Source of the DNA: Pirellulales bacterium
GTDB lineage: Bacteria; Planctomycetota; Planctomycetia; Pirellulales; PALSA-1355
Direction of reading: 5' to 3'
NCBI GenBank assembly: GCA_963733035.1
Contig: CAVTBU010000005.1
Coordinates: forward strand, 2,432,001 to 2,496,000
Length of the DNA: 64,000 bases
Both the position numbers and the translations under genes were made by a program. Below, one piece after another: positions 21,823 through 32,531 of this stretch. Numbering within the stretch: position 1 is the stretch's first letter; every line of letters begins with the position of its first letter. The notes below the pieces were generated by a model. The model saw only the letters and a program-made list of their open reading frames with translations, was not told the DNA's origin and did no database searches.

Positions 21823-22860
21823 ATGTCGAGCGCTCTAGTTGCGCCTGAAGAGGCCGAACCCGCGGTGACCGAGCAGATGCTCGAGTTCCTGCCCTCTTGG
21901 CTGGTCTCGCTGGTGGTGCATTTGACGCTGGTGCTCTTGCTGGCGCTGCTCACGGTATTTGGTGAGGGCGGCTTTCATCGCAACACCATCGTGCTCGATT
22001 GCGAGACGGCGGGCCCCGACGGCACGGCCGACGACGAGCTCCTCGCCGCATCCCTCGAGATGCCCAGCGAGTTGGCAGCTCCCGAAGAAATCGAACTTGA
22101 GCCTCAGGAAGTTGCCGACCTGGCGGCCATTTCGCCCGACACGCTGTCTCCGATCGAACTGGTGAGTCCCACGGCCGGCCAGACTAGCGCCGCGCCCAAG
22201 GAAGTAGCCCCCGAAGGCAAAGGGGCCGCGCCGGCACAAACGGCTATCTTTGGCTTGGCGGGCGAGGGCTCCGACTTTGTTTACGTGTTCGACCGCTCGC
22301 AGAGCATGAACTCCACGCTCTCATTTCAGAGCGAGGGCGAAACGGTCTTTACCGTCACGCCTCTACAGGCCGCCAAGGCCGAGTTGCTACGCAGCCTCGG
22401 AGACCTGGGTCCGGAAAACCGCTTTCATATTCTCTTCTACAACCATGAAATGTGGATGTTCGACCCGGGCCGCAGCGCGCATCGGGGGCTGATCGTCGCC
22501 ACGCCCGAGAACAAACACCGCGCCACGGCGTTCATCCGCAGCGTCTACGGCGACGGGCAAACGCGGCACGTGCCGCCGCTGGAAGCAGCCATTCGCATGC
22601 GGCCAGACGTCATCTTTTTGCTGACCGACGGCGAGGACAAGGACGACCCCACGCCGGCCGAACTGGCGCGGCTTCGAAAACTGAACGGCGGGCGATCGAA
22701 GATCAACGTCGTGCAGTTCTGCTATGAGCCGCGGACCGACGGAGCCCTGGTGACGCTGGCCAATGAAAACGGCGGGCGGCACATTTTCATGAACATCGCG
22801 CAGATGGGCCCCAGCCTGGCCGGCATGGCACAGGCCAAACCTCCGGCACCAAATCCTTAG
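21823..22860 (+). CDS. Membrane-anchored von Willebrand factor A domain protein
   Basis: SWLVSLVVH TM helix, MIDAS FDRSQSM, and FLLTDGE. Confidence 0.85.
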   Translation: MSSALVAPEEAEPAVTEQMLEFLPSWLVSLVVHLTLVLLLALLTVFGEGGFHRNTIVLDCETAGPDGTADDELLAASLEMPSELAAPEEIELEPQEVADLAAISPDTLSPIELVSPTAGQTSAAPKEVAPEGKGAAPAQTAIFGLAGEGSDFVYVFDRSQSMNSTLSFQSEGETVFTVTPLQAAKAELLRSLGDLGPENRFHILFYNHEMWMFDPGRSAHRGLIVATPENKHRATAFIRSVYGDGQTRHVPPLEAAIRMRPDVIFLLTDGEDKDDPTPAELARLRKLNGGRSKINVVQFCYEPRTDGALVTLANENGGRHIFMNIAQMGPSLAGMAQAKPPAPNP

Positions 22861-23042
22861 CCCGCGCGGCGCCTGGCTGCCGAACCCAAGGACGGCGGCG
22901 AGCGTCTTGTGGCGGCTTGCCGCATATTCGCTCGGCCCGCGCGTGATGCTTCGAACGGCGCTTGAGCTCCGTTTGCAAACCGCCCGCCGTTGGGCTATAT
23001 CTGGCAGTTTGCCTTTCATTCGGTCTTCGAGAGTATGGATCC

Positions 23043-24728
23043 ATGGCGCTTAACAAGTACAGCTCGCGCATCACGCAACCCAAATCGCAAGGCGCCAGCC
23101 AGGCCATGCTCTATGGCACGGGCCTGACGCGCGAGGACATGGACAAGCCGCAAGTCGGCATCGCCAGCGTCTGGTATGAGGGCAATACCTGCAACATGCA
23201 CTTGAACGACCTGGCCGCCAAGGTCAAGGAAGGGGTCAAGGCGGCTGGCATGGTCGGCATGCGATTCAATACCATCGGCGTTAGCGACGGGATCTCGATG
23301 GGTACCGAGGGAATGTGCTACTCGCTGCAATCGCGCGACTTGATCGCCGACTCGATCGAAACCGTGATGGGCGCCCAGTGGTACGACGCCAACATCTCGA
23401 TTCCTGGTTGCGACAAGAACATGCCCGGCTGCCTGATCGCCATGGGCCGGCTCAATCGTCCCTCGCTGATGGTCTACGGCGGCACGATCAAGCCGGGCCA
23501 TCGCATGCACGACGGCCAGGACGAAAAGCTCGACGTCGTCTCGGCGTTCCAATGCTACGGCGAGTACCTGGCCGGCACGCTCGACGAAAAAGGGCGCGAG
23601 GAAGTCGTGGCCAAAGCCTGCCCGGCGCGGGCGCCTGTGGCGGCATGTACACGGCCAATACCATGGCCTCGGCCATCGAAGCGATGGGCATGGCGCTGCC
23701 CTATAGCTCGTCGATCCCGGCTGTCGATCCGGCCAAGATCGACGAATGCCACCGGGCCGGGGCCGCCATTCGCGTTTGCCTCGAAAAAGACATTAAACCG
23801 CGCGACGTCATGACCCGAGCGGCATTCGAGAACGCGATGATCGTGGTGATGGCTCTGGGCGGTTCGACCAACGCGGTGTTGCATTTGATTGCCATGGCGC
23901 GCGCCGTGGACGTGCCGTTGACGATCGACGATTTCCAGAAGGTGAGCGATCGAATTCCGTTCCTGGCCGATCTGAAACCCAGTGGCAAGTACGTGCAGGA
24001 AGACCTGCACAACGTCGGCGGCACGCCGGCGGTGATGAAGTACTTGTTGGAAAAAGGGTTGCTCGACGGCAGTTGCCTCACGGTAACCGGCAAGACCATC
24101 GCCGAAAACCTGGCCGATCTGCCCGGATTCAAGGCCGGCCAAGACGTGTTCCACACGCTCGAAGACCCGATCAAGCCGACCGGTCACATTCAAATTCTGC
24201 GCGGCAATTTGGCGCCCGACCGGCGCCGTGGCCAAGATCACCGGCAAGGAGGGCCTGCGGTTCAGCGGGCCGGCCAAGGTCTACGACGGCGAGGAAGATA
24301 TGCTGCACGCCCTGGAGCGCAAGGAAATCGTCAAAGGGGACGTGGTGATCATTCGCTATGAGGGTCCCAAGGGGGGCCCCGGCATGCCGGAAATGCTGAC
24401 GCCGACCTCCGCCATCATGGGCGCCGGCCTGGGCAAGGACGTCGCCCTGATCACCGACGGACGATTTTCCGGCGGCTCGCACGGCTTCATCGTCGGGCAC
24501 GTGACGCCCGAGGCTCAAGAAGGTGGCCCGATCGGGCTGGTCAAAAGCGGCGACATTGTGACGCTCGATGCGACGAAGAACGAGATTTCGGTCGCCGTAT
24601 CGGACGAGGAGATGGCCCGCCGCCGCGAGAAATGGCAGACGCCCCCCTTCAAGTTTACCCGCGGCACGCTCTACAAATACATCAAGAACGTGAAGAGCGC
24701 TTCGGAAGGCTGCGTGACGGACGAATAG
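23043..24728 (+). CDS. ilvD: Dihydroxy-acid dehydratase (frameshifts near 23620 and 24220)
   Basis: [51 protein letters not shown] and TDGRFSG spread over three ORF pieces. Confidence 0.93.
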
Positions 24729-25067
24729 CTCGTCGGTCACGTTTTCGAAGTGTGCGCAACTCGATCGTCGACTTCCGATTTTGCGCTCGCGATTGTTGCG
24801 CTGTTGGGCGCCTTCGCCGCTTGGCGCAGTTGTCGCAGGAGAGAACTTTCACGCTCTCGGGGCGCTTTTGGACGGAACTCACCTTGACGCGCTTCGGGAA
24901 GAACGGTTCAATTCGCGAACTTAGGTGAGACGAAGAGGCGCCGCCTCCGGCGCTTTTTGCGACGCGAGTGTTTGCTCGCTTCGCTTATGGCGGATTTCCC
25001 TGCCCGGGTGCCCACGGGGAAACGCATACTAAGAAGTCCGGGTACCCCTAATCGAGGAGCCACGGAA

Positions 25068-25208
25068 ATGGCAACCAAGAAGTCGACGAAGAAGGCCACC
25101 AAGACTCCGGCGAAGAAGGCGGCCAAGAAGACCGCCACCCGTTCGCCGAAGAAGAAGGCGGCCGCCAAGAAGACGGTCAAGAAAGCCGCCAAGGGCAAGA
25201 AGAAGTAA
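25068..25208 (+). CDS. 46-aa Lys/Ala-rich histone H1-like protein
   Basis: Strong RBS GAGGAG, nearly all AAG codons, 20 Lys and no acidic residues, followed by a terminator. Confidence 0.8.
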   Translation: MATKKSTKKATKTPAKKAAKKTATRSPKKKAAAKKTVKKAAKGKKK

Positions 25209-25241
25209 ATCGCTTCTTGTGCAACGGAATACCGACGAGAA

Positions 25242-25282
25242 AGGCCGGCTCCCTGGTCGATCAGGGAGCCGGCCTATGTTTT
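25242..25282 (+). terminator. Rho-independent terminator
   Basis: Perfect 14-bp stem AGGCCGGCTCCCTG/CAGGGAGCCGGCCT followed by ATGTTTT. Confidence 0.75.
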
Positions 25283-25434
25283 GCGCGTCAAGCAACACGA
25301 ACTCCGGCACGACCGCTTCGACCGGCGTGGGCGCCACGCCCCCGATACCATGCGTTGCCGGCTTTTGGCCCATTTCAGCCCTTTTCAGTCGAAACCGACG
25401 GGGGCGAGCGGCGTCCAGCGCAAACGGGGCGCGG

Positions 25435-25463
25435 TTGACGAAAACCTTGTTGGCCGCTAGAGT
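25435..25463 (+). promoter_or_regulatory. candidate sigma70 promoter of the helicase gene
   Basis: TTGACG-N17-TAGAGT. Confidence 0.55.
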
Positions 25464-25554
25464 TAGAGTATCAAAGTGGATCGCAATATCCCCTCCCGGT
25501 TGCGGACTGGCTGCGACCGATCGTTCTCCTCCGCCAGTTGTGTTGGTAGTTGCG

Positions 25555-26865
25555 TTGCAAAGTAGCACGAAAGAGAAAACCCCGCCCGCAAGCTCTTCTT
25601 CCGGATTTGATGGCCTGTCGCTTTCCGAAACCATGATGGTGGCTTTGGGGAAAGCCGGCTATCTCGAACCCACGCCGATCCAAGCCGGGTTGATCCCGCG
25701 CGCCATGGAGAGTGTCGACGTATTGGGCCAGGCTCGCACCGGCACCGGCAAGACCGCGGCGTTCGTCATTCCGATCCTTGAGAAAGTTCAAAACGGCAAG
25801 AAGTCGCAAGGGCCCCAGGCGTTGATCCTGGTGCCCACCCGCGAATTGGCCGTCCAGGTTCGCGAGGAAGTGGTGAAGCTGGCTCACGGCCGCAAGATTC
25901 ACTCGGTGGCCGTGTACGGCGGCAAGCCGATCCGTGGCCAGATCGAAAAGCTCTCGCGAGGTGCCGAGGTCGTCATTGGCACGCCCGGCCGCGTGCTCGA
26001 TCACATGGGCCGCGGCACGCTCCGGCTCGACGATCTGCAAATCGTCGTGCTCGACGAAGCCGACCGGATGCTCGATATTGGCTTTCGCCCGGACATCGAA
26101 AAGATCTTGCGCCGTTGTCCTCGCTCGCGGCAAACGCTGCTGCTGAGTGCCACGGTGCCGCCGCCGGTCGAGCGGCTGGCCAAATCGTACATGCACGATC
26201 CCGAGACGCTCAACTTCTCGCCCAGCGACATTTCGGTGCACACGATCGAGCAGTTCTATTGCACGGTCGATGGCGATCGGAAGTTCGACCTACTGGAGCA
26301 TCTGCTCAAGCGCGAACAGCCGCAGCAGGCGATCGTGTTCTGCCGCACCAAACGGGGCACCGACAAGGTCGAGCGGCGGCTTACGAAGCGCTTCGAGGGC
26401 GTGGCCTGCATCCACGGCGATCTGGCGCAGAGTCGGCGCGATCGGGCCATGGCCGCCTTTCGCGAAGGGAAGGTCAAGATCCTCGTGGCCACCGACGTGG
26501 TCGGCCGGGGCATCGACGTCACCGGCATTTCACACATCTTCAATTACGACATCCCCCAGTTCTGCGACGACTACGTGCATCGCGTCGGTCGTACCGGCCG
26601 AATGGGTCGCGAGGGCGTGGCCTACACGTTCGTCACACCCGAAGAAGGCAACGAACTGACGCGGATCGAAATGCGGATCGACAAACTGCTGGTCCGCGAC
26701 GAAGTGCCCGGTTTCGCCACGGTCAGGGTCGAAGCCAACGCCGGCCGCCCCGTAGCCACCGAAGACGGCACTGCTCCGGCACCCGAGCCCGAACCGCCCA
26801 AGAAGCCCGCCCCGCTGCTCGGCCGCGGTGGCCGCCCGCCCAAGCGTTTTCGCCGGGCTCTGTAA
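25555..26865 (+). CDS. DEAD-box RNA helicase (start uncertain)
   Basis: Q motif PTPIQ, ARTGTGKT, PTRELA, DEAD, SAT and HRVGRTGR. Confidence 0.93.
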   Translation: MQSSTKEKTPPASSSSGFDGLSLSETMMVALGKAGYLEPTPIQAGLIPRAMESVDVLGQARTGTGKTAAFVIPILEKVQNGKKSQGPQALILVPTRELAVQVREEVVKLAHGRKIHSVAVYGGKPIRGQIEKLSRGAEVVIGTPGRVLDHMGRGTLRLDDLQIVVLDEADRMLDIGFRPDIEKILRRCPRSRQTLLLSATVPPPVERLAKSYMHDPETLNFSPSDISVHTIEQFYCTVDGDRKFDLLEHLLKREQPQQAIVFCRTKRGTDKVERRLTKRFEGVACIHGDLAQSRRDRAMAAFREGKVKILVATDVVGRGIDVTGISHIFNYDIPQFCDDYVHRVGRTGRMGREGVAYTFVTPEEGNELTRIEMRIDKLLVRDEVPGFATVRVEANAGRPVATEDGTAPAPEPEPPKKPAPLLGRGGRPPKRFRRAL

Positions 26866-26967
26866 TTCGCCGCGCGGAATGCACGGGGCACGAGCCGGCG
26901 TGAATTACAATGGACTTGTGCGACCGCTCCCCGCGCCGCCCACGTTCTCCTCTGGCAATTGCTGGCC

Positions 26968-28242
26968 ATGACACGACGGCTAAAACCGCTGATCGCGCTG
27001 CTCGGGCTTGCCCTGGTGCTGTCGTCGTCGGTCGCAGGCGCGGCCGATCCACCGGGATTGCGCACGCTCTCGTCCCAGCACCTGACGCTCGTCACCGATC
27101 TACCGTCGGATGCCGAACTCGACGCGCTGCCGGGGTACTTCGATCAGGCGTTTACCCAGTGGTGCGAGTACTTTGGGGTCGATTCCGCGGCTCATGCCGA
27201 CTGGCACGCGAAGGGCCACCTAATGCAATCACGCGAGCGGTTCCAGGCCGCGGGCCTGTTGCCGGCGGAGCTGCCCGAGTTCACGACTGGGTATTCGTTC
27301 AACGACACGTTCTGGATCTACGACCAAACCAGTGTGTACTATCGTCGCCAGTTGCTCCTGCACGAGGGGACTCACTCGTTCATGAATGTCCTGCTCGGCG
27401 GCACCGGTCCCCCGTGGTATGCCGAGGGAACCGCGGAGCTTCTCAGCACGCATCGCCTGGCTGACGGCCAGATCCAACTCAATGTCATACCTCGCGACCG
27501 CGAGGAAGTGCCCAAGTGGGGGCGCATCGAAGTGGTGCAAAACGATTTTGCCCAGAGGCACGCGCTGACATTGGCCAAGGTCTTTAATCTCTCGGGCACG
27601 GTGCACGGCACCATCGAGAACTACGGTTGGTGCTGGGCGGCTGCGGCGTTTCTCGAACACCACCCGCGCTATCACGACCGCTTCCGACAATTGCACGTCC
27701 ATCTGCGTCAGCCCGACTTTGCCGAGCGGGTGGATGCAACCTTTGCCGACGACCGGGCGCGGCTTGACGAAGACTGGCAGATCTTCGTGGCCGACATCGA
27801 CTACGGCTACGATTTCTCCCGCGCCGAAGTGTCTTATGCCGCGGGCAAGCCGCTTGCCACTCGGCAAGCGAACCTGACCGTGGCCGCGGATCGTGGTTGG
27901 CAGGCGAGTGGGATTGCTCTGGAAGCGGGCCGGAAATATCGCCTCCGGGCCTCGGGCCGCTATCAAGTGGTCGGCGGAGAATCACCCTGGATGAGCGAGC
28001 CCGGCGGCGTCACGCTGCGCTACGTGCGGGGCAAGCCGTTGGGGTGCTTGCTATACGCCTTGCGTCCGGACGATCCGGCCGCCAAACGTCCGAGCGGATT
28101 GATCCGACCGCTGGTCGCGGGACTCGAAACCACGTTGACCTCATCGCAAAGCGGAACACTCTATTTCCGTATCAACGACTCAGCCGGCGAGCTGTCCGAT
28201 AATGCCGGCGCGGCCGAAGTGGAGATCACGGCGCTGCCGTGA
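26968..28242 (+). CDS. Secreted zincin-like (DUF1570/peptidase MA-like) protein with C-terminal LecA-like domain
   Basis: Signal peptide, LLHEGTH...PPWYAEGTAE, and VAADRGWQASGIALEAG. Confidence 0.7.
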   Translation: MTRRLKPLIALLGLALVLSSSVAGAADPPGLRTLSSQHLTLVTDLPSDAELDALPGYFDQAFTQWCEYFGVDSAAHADWHAKGHLMQSRERFQAAGLLPAELPEFTTGYSFNDTFWIYDQTSVYYRRQLLLHEGTHSFMNVLLGGTGPPWYAEGTAELLSTHRLADGQIQLNVIPRDREEVPKWGRIEVVQNDFAQRHALTLAKVFNLSGTVHGTIENYGWCWAAAAFLEHHPRYHDRFRQLHVHLRQPDFAERVDATFADDRARLDEDWQIFVADIDYGYDFSRAEVSYAAGKPLATRQANLTVAADRGWQASGIALEAGRKYRLRASGRYQVVGGESPWMSEPGGVTLRYVRGKPLGCLLYALRPDDPAAKRPSGLIRPLVAGLETTLTSSQSGTLYFRINDSAGELSDNAGAAEVEITALP

Positions 28243-28363
28243 TCAGCGACTTCCGCGCGGCGTTCGGCCTCGCTCGATAACGACGCCTGGCCCGCATCGG
28301 CGCGCCGTCCCCCGGACTCGGCCTATGCTATTTAGGATGGACTGCCGGCGGGATAGACGCCAA

Positions 28364-28392
28364 TTGACGATTCGCGGCATGTGCCCGACAAT
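28364..28392 (+). promoter_or_regulatory. candidate sigma70 promoter of glyA
   Basis: TTGACG-N17-GACAAT about 50 nt before the ATG. Confidence 0.45.
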
Positions 28393-28442
28393 GTGACATC
28401 CTGATCTGCTTTGTCCGCTCTCCTGGGGGGAATTTCCGTCCC

Positions 28443-29711
28443 ATGAATTTTATTCTCGAAGAAGACCCCGAGGTCTGGACTGCCATTGCCGAGGAAATTG
28501 ATCGGCAGCAGGACGGCCTGGAAATGATCGCCAGCGAAAACTACACGAGCCCCGCCGTAATGCAGGCCGTGGGCAGCGTGCTGACGAATAAATATGCCGA
28601 GGGCTATCCGGGCCGCCGCTATTACGGCGGTTGCGAGCACGTCGACGTGATCGAAAATCTGGCGCGTGACAGGGCCAAGAAGCTGTTCGGTGCCGAACAC
28701 GCCAACGTGCAACCCCACTCGGGCAGCCAGGCGAACTTTGCCGTCTACATGACCGCCCTCCAGCCCGGCGACACCGTGCTGGGGCTCGATCTGGCACACG
28801 GCGGCCACCTGACGCACGGAATGAAGCTGAACATCTCGGGCATCCTCTATCACTTCGTTAGTTACGGCGTGAAGTCGGACGACCATCGCATCGACTTCGA
28901 CCAGGTGGCCCGGCTGGCCCGCGAGCACAAACCGAAAATGATCGTGGCCGGCGCCAGTGCTTACCCGCGCGAGATTCCCCACGGCAAGTTTGCCGAGATT
29001 GCTCGCGAAGTTGGCGCCAAGCTATTCGTCGACATGGCACACTACGCGGGCCTGGTCGCCGCCGGACTGCATGACAACCCGGTGCCCGTGGCCGACTTTG
29101 TCACCACCACCACGCACAAAACGCTCCGCGGACCTCGCGCCGGTTTGTCGATGTGCAAGGCCGAGTACGCCAAGGATCTCGATCGTTCCGTCTTTCCGGG
29201 TATCCAGGGCGGGCCGCTGATGCACGTGATTGCCGGCAAGGCAATTTGTTTCGGCGAGGCTCTGCGCCCCGACTTCAAACAATACGGGCAGGCGATCATC
29301 GACAATGCCAAGACGCTGGCCGAAGAGCTGATGGCCGGCGGCCTGCGACTCGTCAGCGACGGCACCGACAACCATCTCTTGCTGATCGACGTCACCGCCG
29401 TCGGTTTGGGCGGCAAGCAGGCCGAAGCCGTGCTCGACACCGTGGGAATTACCGTCAATAAGAACATGATTCCCTACGACGAGCGCAAACCAATGGACCC
29501 CTCGGGCATTCGTGTCGGCACACCGGCGCTCACCACGCGCGGCATGGGGCCCGACGAAATGAAGAAAATTGCCGGCTGGATGTTCGCGGCGCTCAAGTCT
29601 CCAGACGACGCAAAGTTGCACACCGAGATTCGCGGAGACGTGTTCGACCTGTGCGAGAGCTTTCCCGTGCCCGCCGCGCGGCTGTCCGAGGTCGATGCCG
29701 ACGAAGTCTGA
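28443..29711 (+). CDS. glyA: Serine hydroxymethyltransferase
   Basis: [28 protein letters not shown] and [11 protein letters not shown]. Confidence 0.97.
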   Translation: MNFILEEDPEVWTAIAEEIDRQQDGLEMIASENYTSPAVMQAVGSVLTNKYAEGYPGRRYYGGCEHVDVIENLARDRAKKLFGAEHANVQPHSGSQANFAVYMTALQPGDTVLGLDLAHGGHLTHGMKLNISGILYHFVSYGVKSDDHRIDFDQVARLAREHKPKMIVAGASAYPREIPHGKFAEIAREVGAKLFVDMAHYAGLVAAGLHDNPVPVADFVTTTTHKTLRGPRAGLSMCKAEYAKDLDRSVFPGIQGGPLMHVIAGKAICFGEALRPDFKQYGQAIIDNAKTLAEELMAGGLRLVSDGTDNHLLLIDVTAVGLGGKQAEAVLDTVGITVNKNMIPYDERKPMDPSGIRVGTPALTTRGMGPDEMKKIAGWMFAALKSPDDAKLHTEIRGDVFDLCESFPVPAARLSEVDADEV

Positions 29712-30186
29712 GCGCATCGGCGCTACGTTGGCCGATAGGCCTCCAAGGGCTGCGCGACCAGCGACCGCCCCCTGGGCGCCGGTGGCACTGCGCCCCAGGC
29801 AGGCTCGATCGCTTGACCGCAACATAAACGCAGCGGTCTTCTCCGGATAGGAAGGCCGCGACTACGCCGGACGGATTTGACGCGTTTTGGCATAAGGCTT
29901 GCCCATCGTACACATTCGCAAGGGCAGCACTTCTGCCGGCCAAAGAGTGGTTCTTTACCTGTCGTCCGTCGTACTGCGATGCGATCGGATGTGGGAAGAA
30001 AAGCACTTCTTGGAAACTTCGGTTCGTTCGAATCGAAGCAGAGGTGGCTGTCCTTGCGTTTTTTCTTGCGCCGCCAGCATGGCATCCGCGCGCTTGCGAA
30101 CTCCCATTCTCCCGGCACGCCGCGAGCCCTATAATCGGACAGTTGAACTTGCAGCTTGAAGTTGATCTGTCAGCCACGGAAGTGCC

Positions 30187-30645
30187 ATGCCTGAAACGTC
30201 CCCCAAGAGCCGGATCCTGATTGCCGACGACAACGGTCCCAACGTCGAACTGCTGGAGGCGTATCTCAGCGGGCTCGACGTCGAGGTGGCCGTGGCCGTC
30301 GACGGGCGGGATACCTTGGAAAAGGTCGCCTCTTTTCAGCCCGATCTGATCCTGCTCGACGTGATGATGCCAAAGCTCAGCGGCTTCGAGGTCTGCGAGA
30401 AACTGAAGTCCGACCCCGCGACCAGCGGCATTATGATTCTGATGGTCACGGCGCTAAACGAACTGGGTGACATCGAGCGGGCCGTGGAAGTTGGCACCGA
30501 CGATTTCCTGAGCAAGCCGGTCAACAAGCTCGAACTGCTCAAGCGCGTGGAGAACATGCTCAAGCTGCACCATGTAACCGACGAAGTGGAACGGCTGCGC
30601 CAGTACATCGCCCAGATGGAAGACGCCACGGGTCCGAGGTGCTAG
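30187..30645 (+). CDS. Single-domain response regulator with C-terminal coiled tail
   Basis: ILIADDN, LLDVMMP, MVTA and FLSKP. Confidence 0.92.
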   Translation: MPETSPKSRILIADDNGPNVELLEAYLSGLDVEVAVAVDGRDTLEKVASFQPDLILLDVMMPKLSGFEVCEKLKSDPATSGIMILMVTALNELGDIERAVEVGTDDFLSKPVNKLELLKRVENMLKLHHVTDEVERLRQYIAQMEDATGPRC

Positions 30646-30777
30646 CAGCGCACGTCGCCAATGCGTGACTGGTCTTGCTCCGACTCCCGCAACTGGGTAT
30701 ACGAATCGTCCACCAAGAGTCGGGCAGCTAGCGGCGGATTGCTTTCTTTTTGAGCCTTTGAGACAAGGACGTCTCCC

Positions 30778-31620
30778 ATGTCGCGCGCGATCGTGGTCGT
30801 GCCGTGTTACAACGAAGCTCGCCGGCTGAACATGCGGGCCATTCAGGATTTTGGCCGCCGCACCGAGTCGGCCGAGTTGCTGTTCGTCAACGACGGAAGC
30901 CGCGACGAAACCCTGGAATTGCTCGAACATCTCAATACCACGAATCCACGCCGGTTCAGCTTCTTGCACCTGGCCGCCAACCGCGGGAAGGCCGAAGCCG
31001 TGCGGCAAGGCATGCTGATGGCCATTCGCGCGGGCGCCGACTACGTGGGCTTTTGGGACGCCGACCTGGCGACGCCGCTGCTGGACATCGAGCCGTTCTG
31101 CCAAATACTCGATGGCAAACCGCAAATTGACGTAGTCGTTGGCACCCGCATGCGTCTGCTTGGCCACGCCATCGATCGCCGCCCGCTCCGCTATCTGCTG
31201 GGACGCGTGTTTGCCAATACCGCATCGCTGGCCCTGGGGGTCAAGCTCTTCGATACGCAGTGCGGGGCCAAGCTATTTCGGGTGACTCCTTCGCTGGCGG
31301 CCGTTTTGGAACGTCCCTTCTCGACGCGCTGGATCTTCGACGTGGAGATCTTCGCCCGCCTGAAGCAATCGCGGCGTGCCGCGCGATTGCCGCTACTCAA
31401 CGAGGCGATTTACGAGTTTCCGCTCGACGCTTGGCGCGACGTCGCCGGGTCGAACGTCAAGGGGCGCGACTTTGTCAAAGCCTCTTGGGAGCTGGCCCGC
31501 ATCTACTGGACCTACCTTCGCCCCGGCGCACCACCCGCCGTGGCGCTGCCCAAAACCGCCGGTGGCGTGGCAGCACCCGCTGTCCCGCGGGAGTCGCGCG
31601 GCGATCAAAAGGCGGCGTAG
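30778..31620 (+). CDS. GT2 glycosyltransferase (dolichyl-phosphate glycosyltransferase-like)
   Basis: VVPCYNE, VNDGSRD, NRGKAEAV, DADLATP, DTQCGAK and FDVE. Confidence 0.9.
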   Translation: MSRAIVVVPCYNEARRLNMRAIQDFGRRTESAELLFVNDGSRDETLELLEHLNTTNPRRFSFLHLAANRGKAEAVRQGMLMAIRAGADYVGFWDADLATPLLDIEPFCQILDGKPQIDVVVGTRMRLLGHAIDRRPLRYLLGRVFANTASLALGVKLFDTQCGAKLFRVTPSLAAVLERPFSTRWIFDVEIFARLKQSRRAARLPLLNEAIYEFPLDAWRDVAGSNVKGRDFVKASWELARIYWTYLRPGAPPAVALPKTAGGVAAPAVPRESRGDQKAA

Positions 31621-32243
31621 TCGTCATCCGCCAGCTGCGAGGGAGCCGGATCGAAGCCGAATTGCTGGGGGCTGGTAAGAAACTTGGGGGCCTCGCTGGT
31701 TTTGCCTTCGGCACTATGCCAACCAATGTCGAGGCGGTGAACCATGTCGACCGCCTGGCGGAGCCGAAACTTCTCGAACGCCTGCCGCGACACAATCTGG
31801 AATCCGCGCCGCGCTTCGCTCGCCTTCGGCTTCCAGGCCAAAAGCTTCTCCATCCAGGGCTGCTCGGCGATCGGGGGCAGCGCATCCTGACGGCTGAGTC
31901 TCCACTGCGTATCGCGCAGTTGCCACAACGTCCGCAGATCGTCCGGGTCCAGGCAGTAGTCCTCGTCGCTCACGAGGATGACTTCGCCGTGCGTGTGGTC
32001 CAAACCGGTTTGAATCGCCTCGCTCAGGCCCAAACGCACCGGATGGCGAATCACTCGAACCTGCGGATAACAATTCGACAGATCGCGGGCCACGTCGGCC
32101 GTATCGTCGCTCGAGCCGTCGTCGAGCACCCACAGGTGGAAGGGTCGCTTCAGATCCGACAGGACTTCCAGAATCTCGGTCACGTCGGCCGCAAGGTTTC
32201 CCTGGGCATTATAGACGGGCAATAGCACACTCAGCGCGTTCAA
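31605..32243 (-). CDS. Short, divergent GT2-domain protein
   Basis: LSVLLPVYN and VLDDGSSDDT; TTG start after GGGAG; divergent C-terminus. Confidence 0.7.
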   Translation of the reverse strand: MNALSVLLPVYNAQGNLAADVTEILEVLSDLKRPFHLWVLDDGSSDDTADVARDLSNCYPQVRVIRHPVRLGLSEAIQTGLDHTHGEVILVSDEDYCLDPDDLRTLWQLRDTQWRLSRQDALPPIAEQPWMEKLLAWKPKASEARRGFQIVSRQAFEKFRLRQAVDMVHRLDIGWHSAEGKTSEAPKFLTSPQQFGFDPAPSQLADDDYAAF

Positions 32244-32531
32244 TAGAATGGCTCCCAATTGCAGTCTCAAGACACGATCGGTGACTCGCCGTGAGCCGGG
32301 CCAACTGGCCAGTCACCCCCCTCGGCCGCCCACTATTGATCGGAGATGGCCAAAGCGCAACTCTACTGGGGCCAGTCGAATGCGGGCTGTGCGCGCTGTA
32401 ACGACGGAAGCAACTCAACCGAGGGCAGTCGCGCCGGCATGGTCGCCCGCGCGGCGGTTAACACTCGGTCGACCGCCCCGTTCGTCACAGCCAGCAAAAA
32501 CGGGCGGGAAAAGCCAATCGGGCGAATTGAA

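Noticed and set aside
23043..24728. ilvD (and aroE, thiG, aguB) as pseudogenes or programmed frameshifts
   Set aside because: Only isolated indels, no internal stops or decay, and no slippery heptamers; sequencing error is more likely.
28243..28442. ZTP, THF or glycine riboswitch before glyA
   Set aside because: No conserved aptamer core could be recognised.
32363..32531. GH15 read-through tail in the ORF track
   Set aside because: Artefact of the frameshift; the real C-terminal domain ends at 32532.
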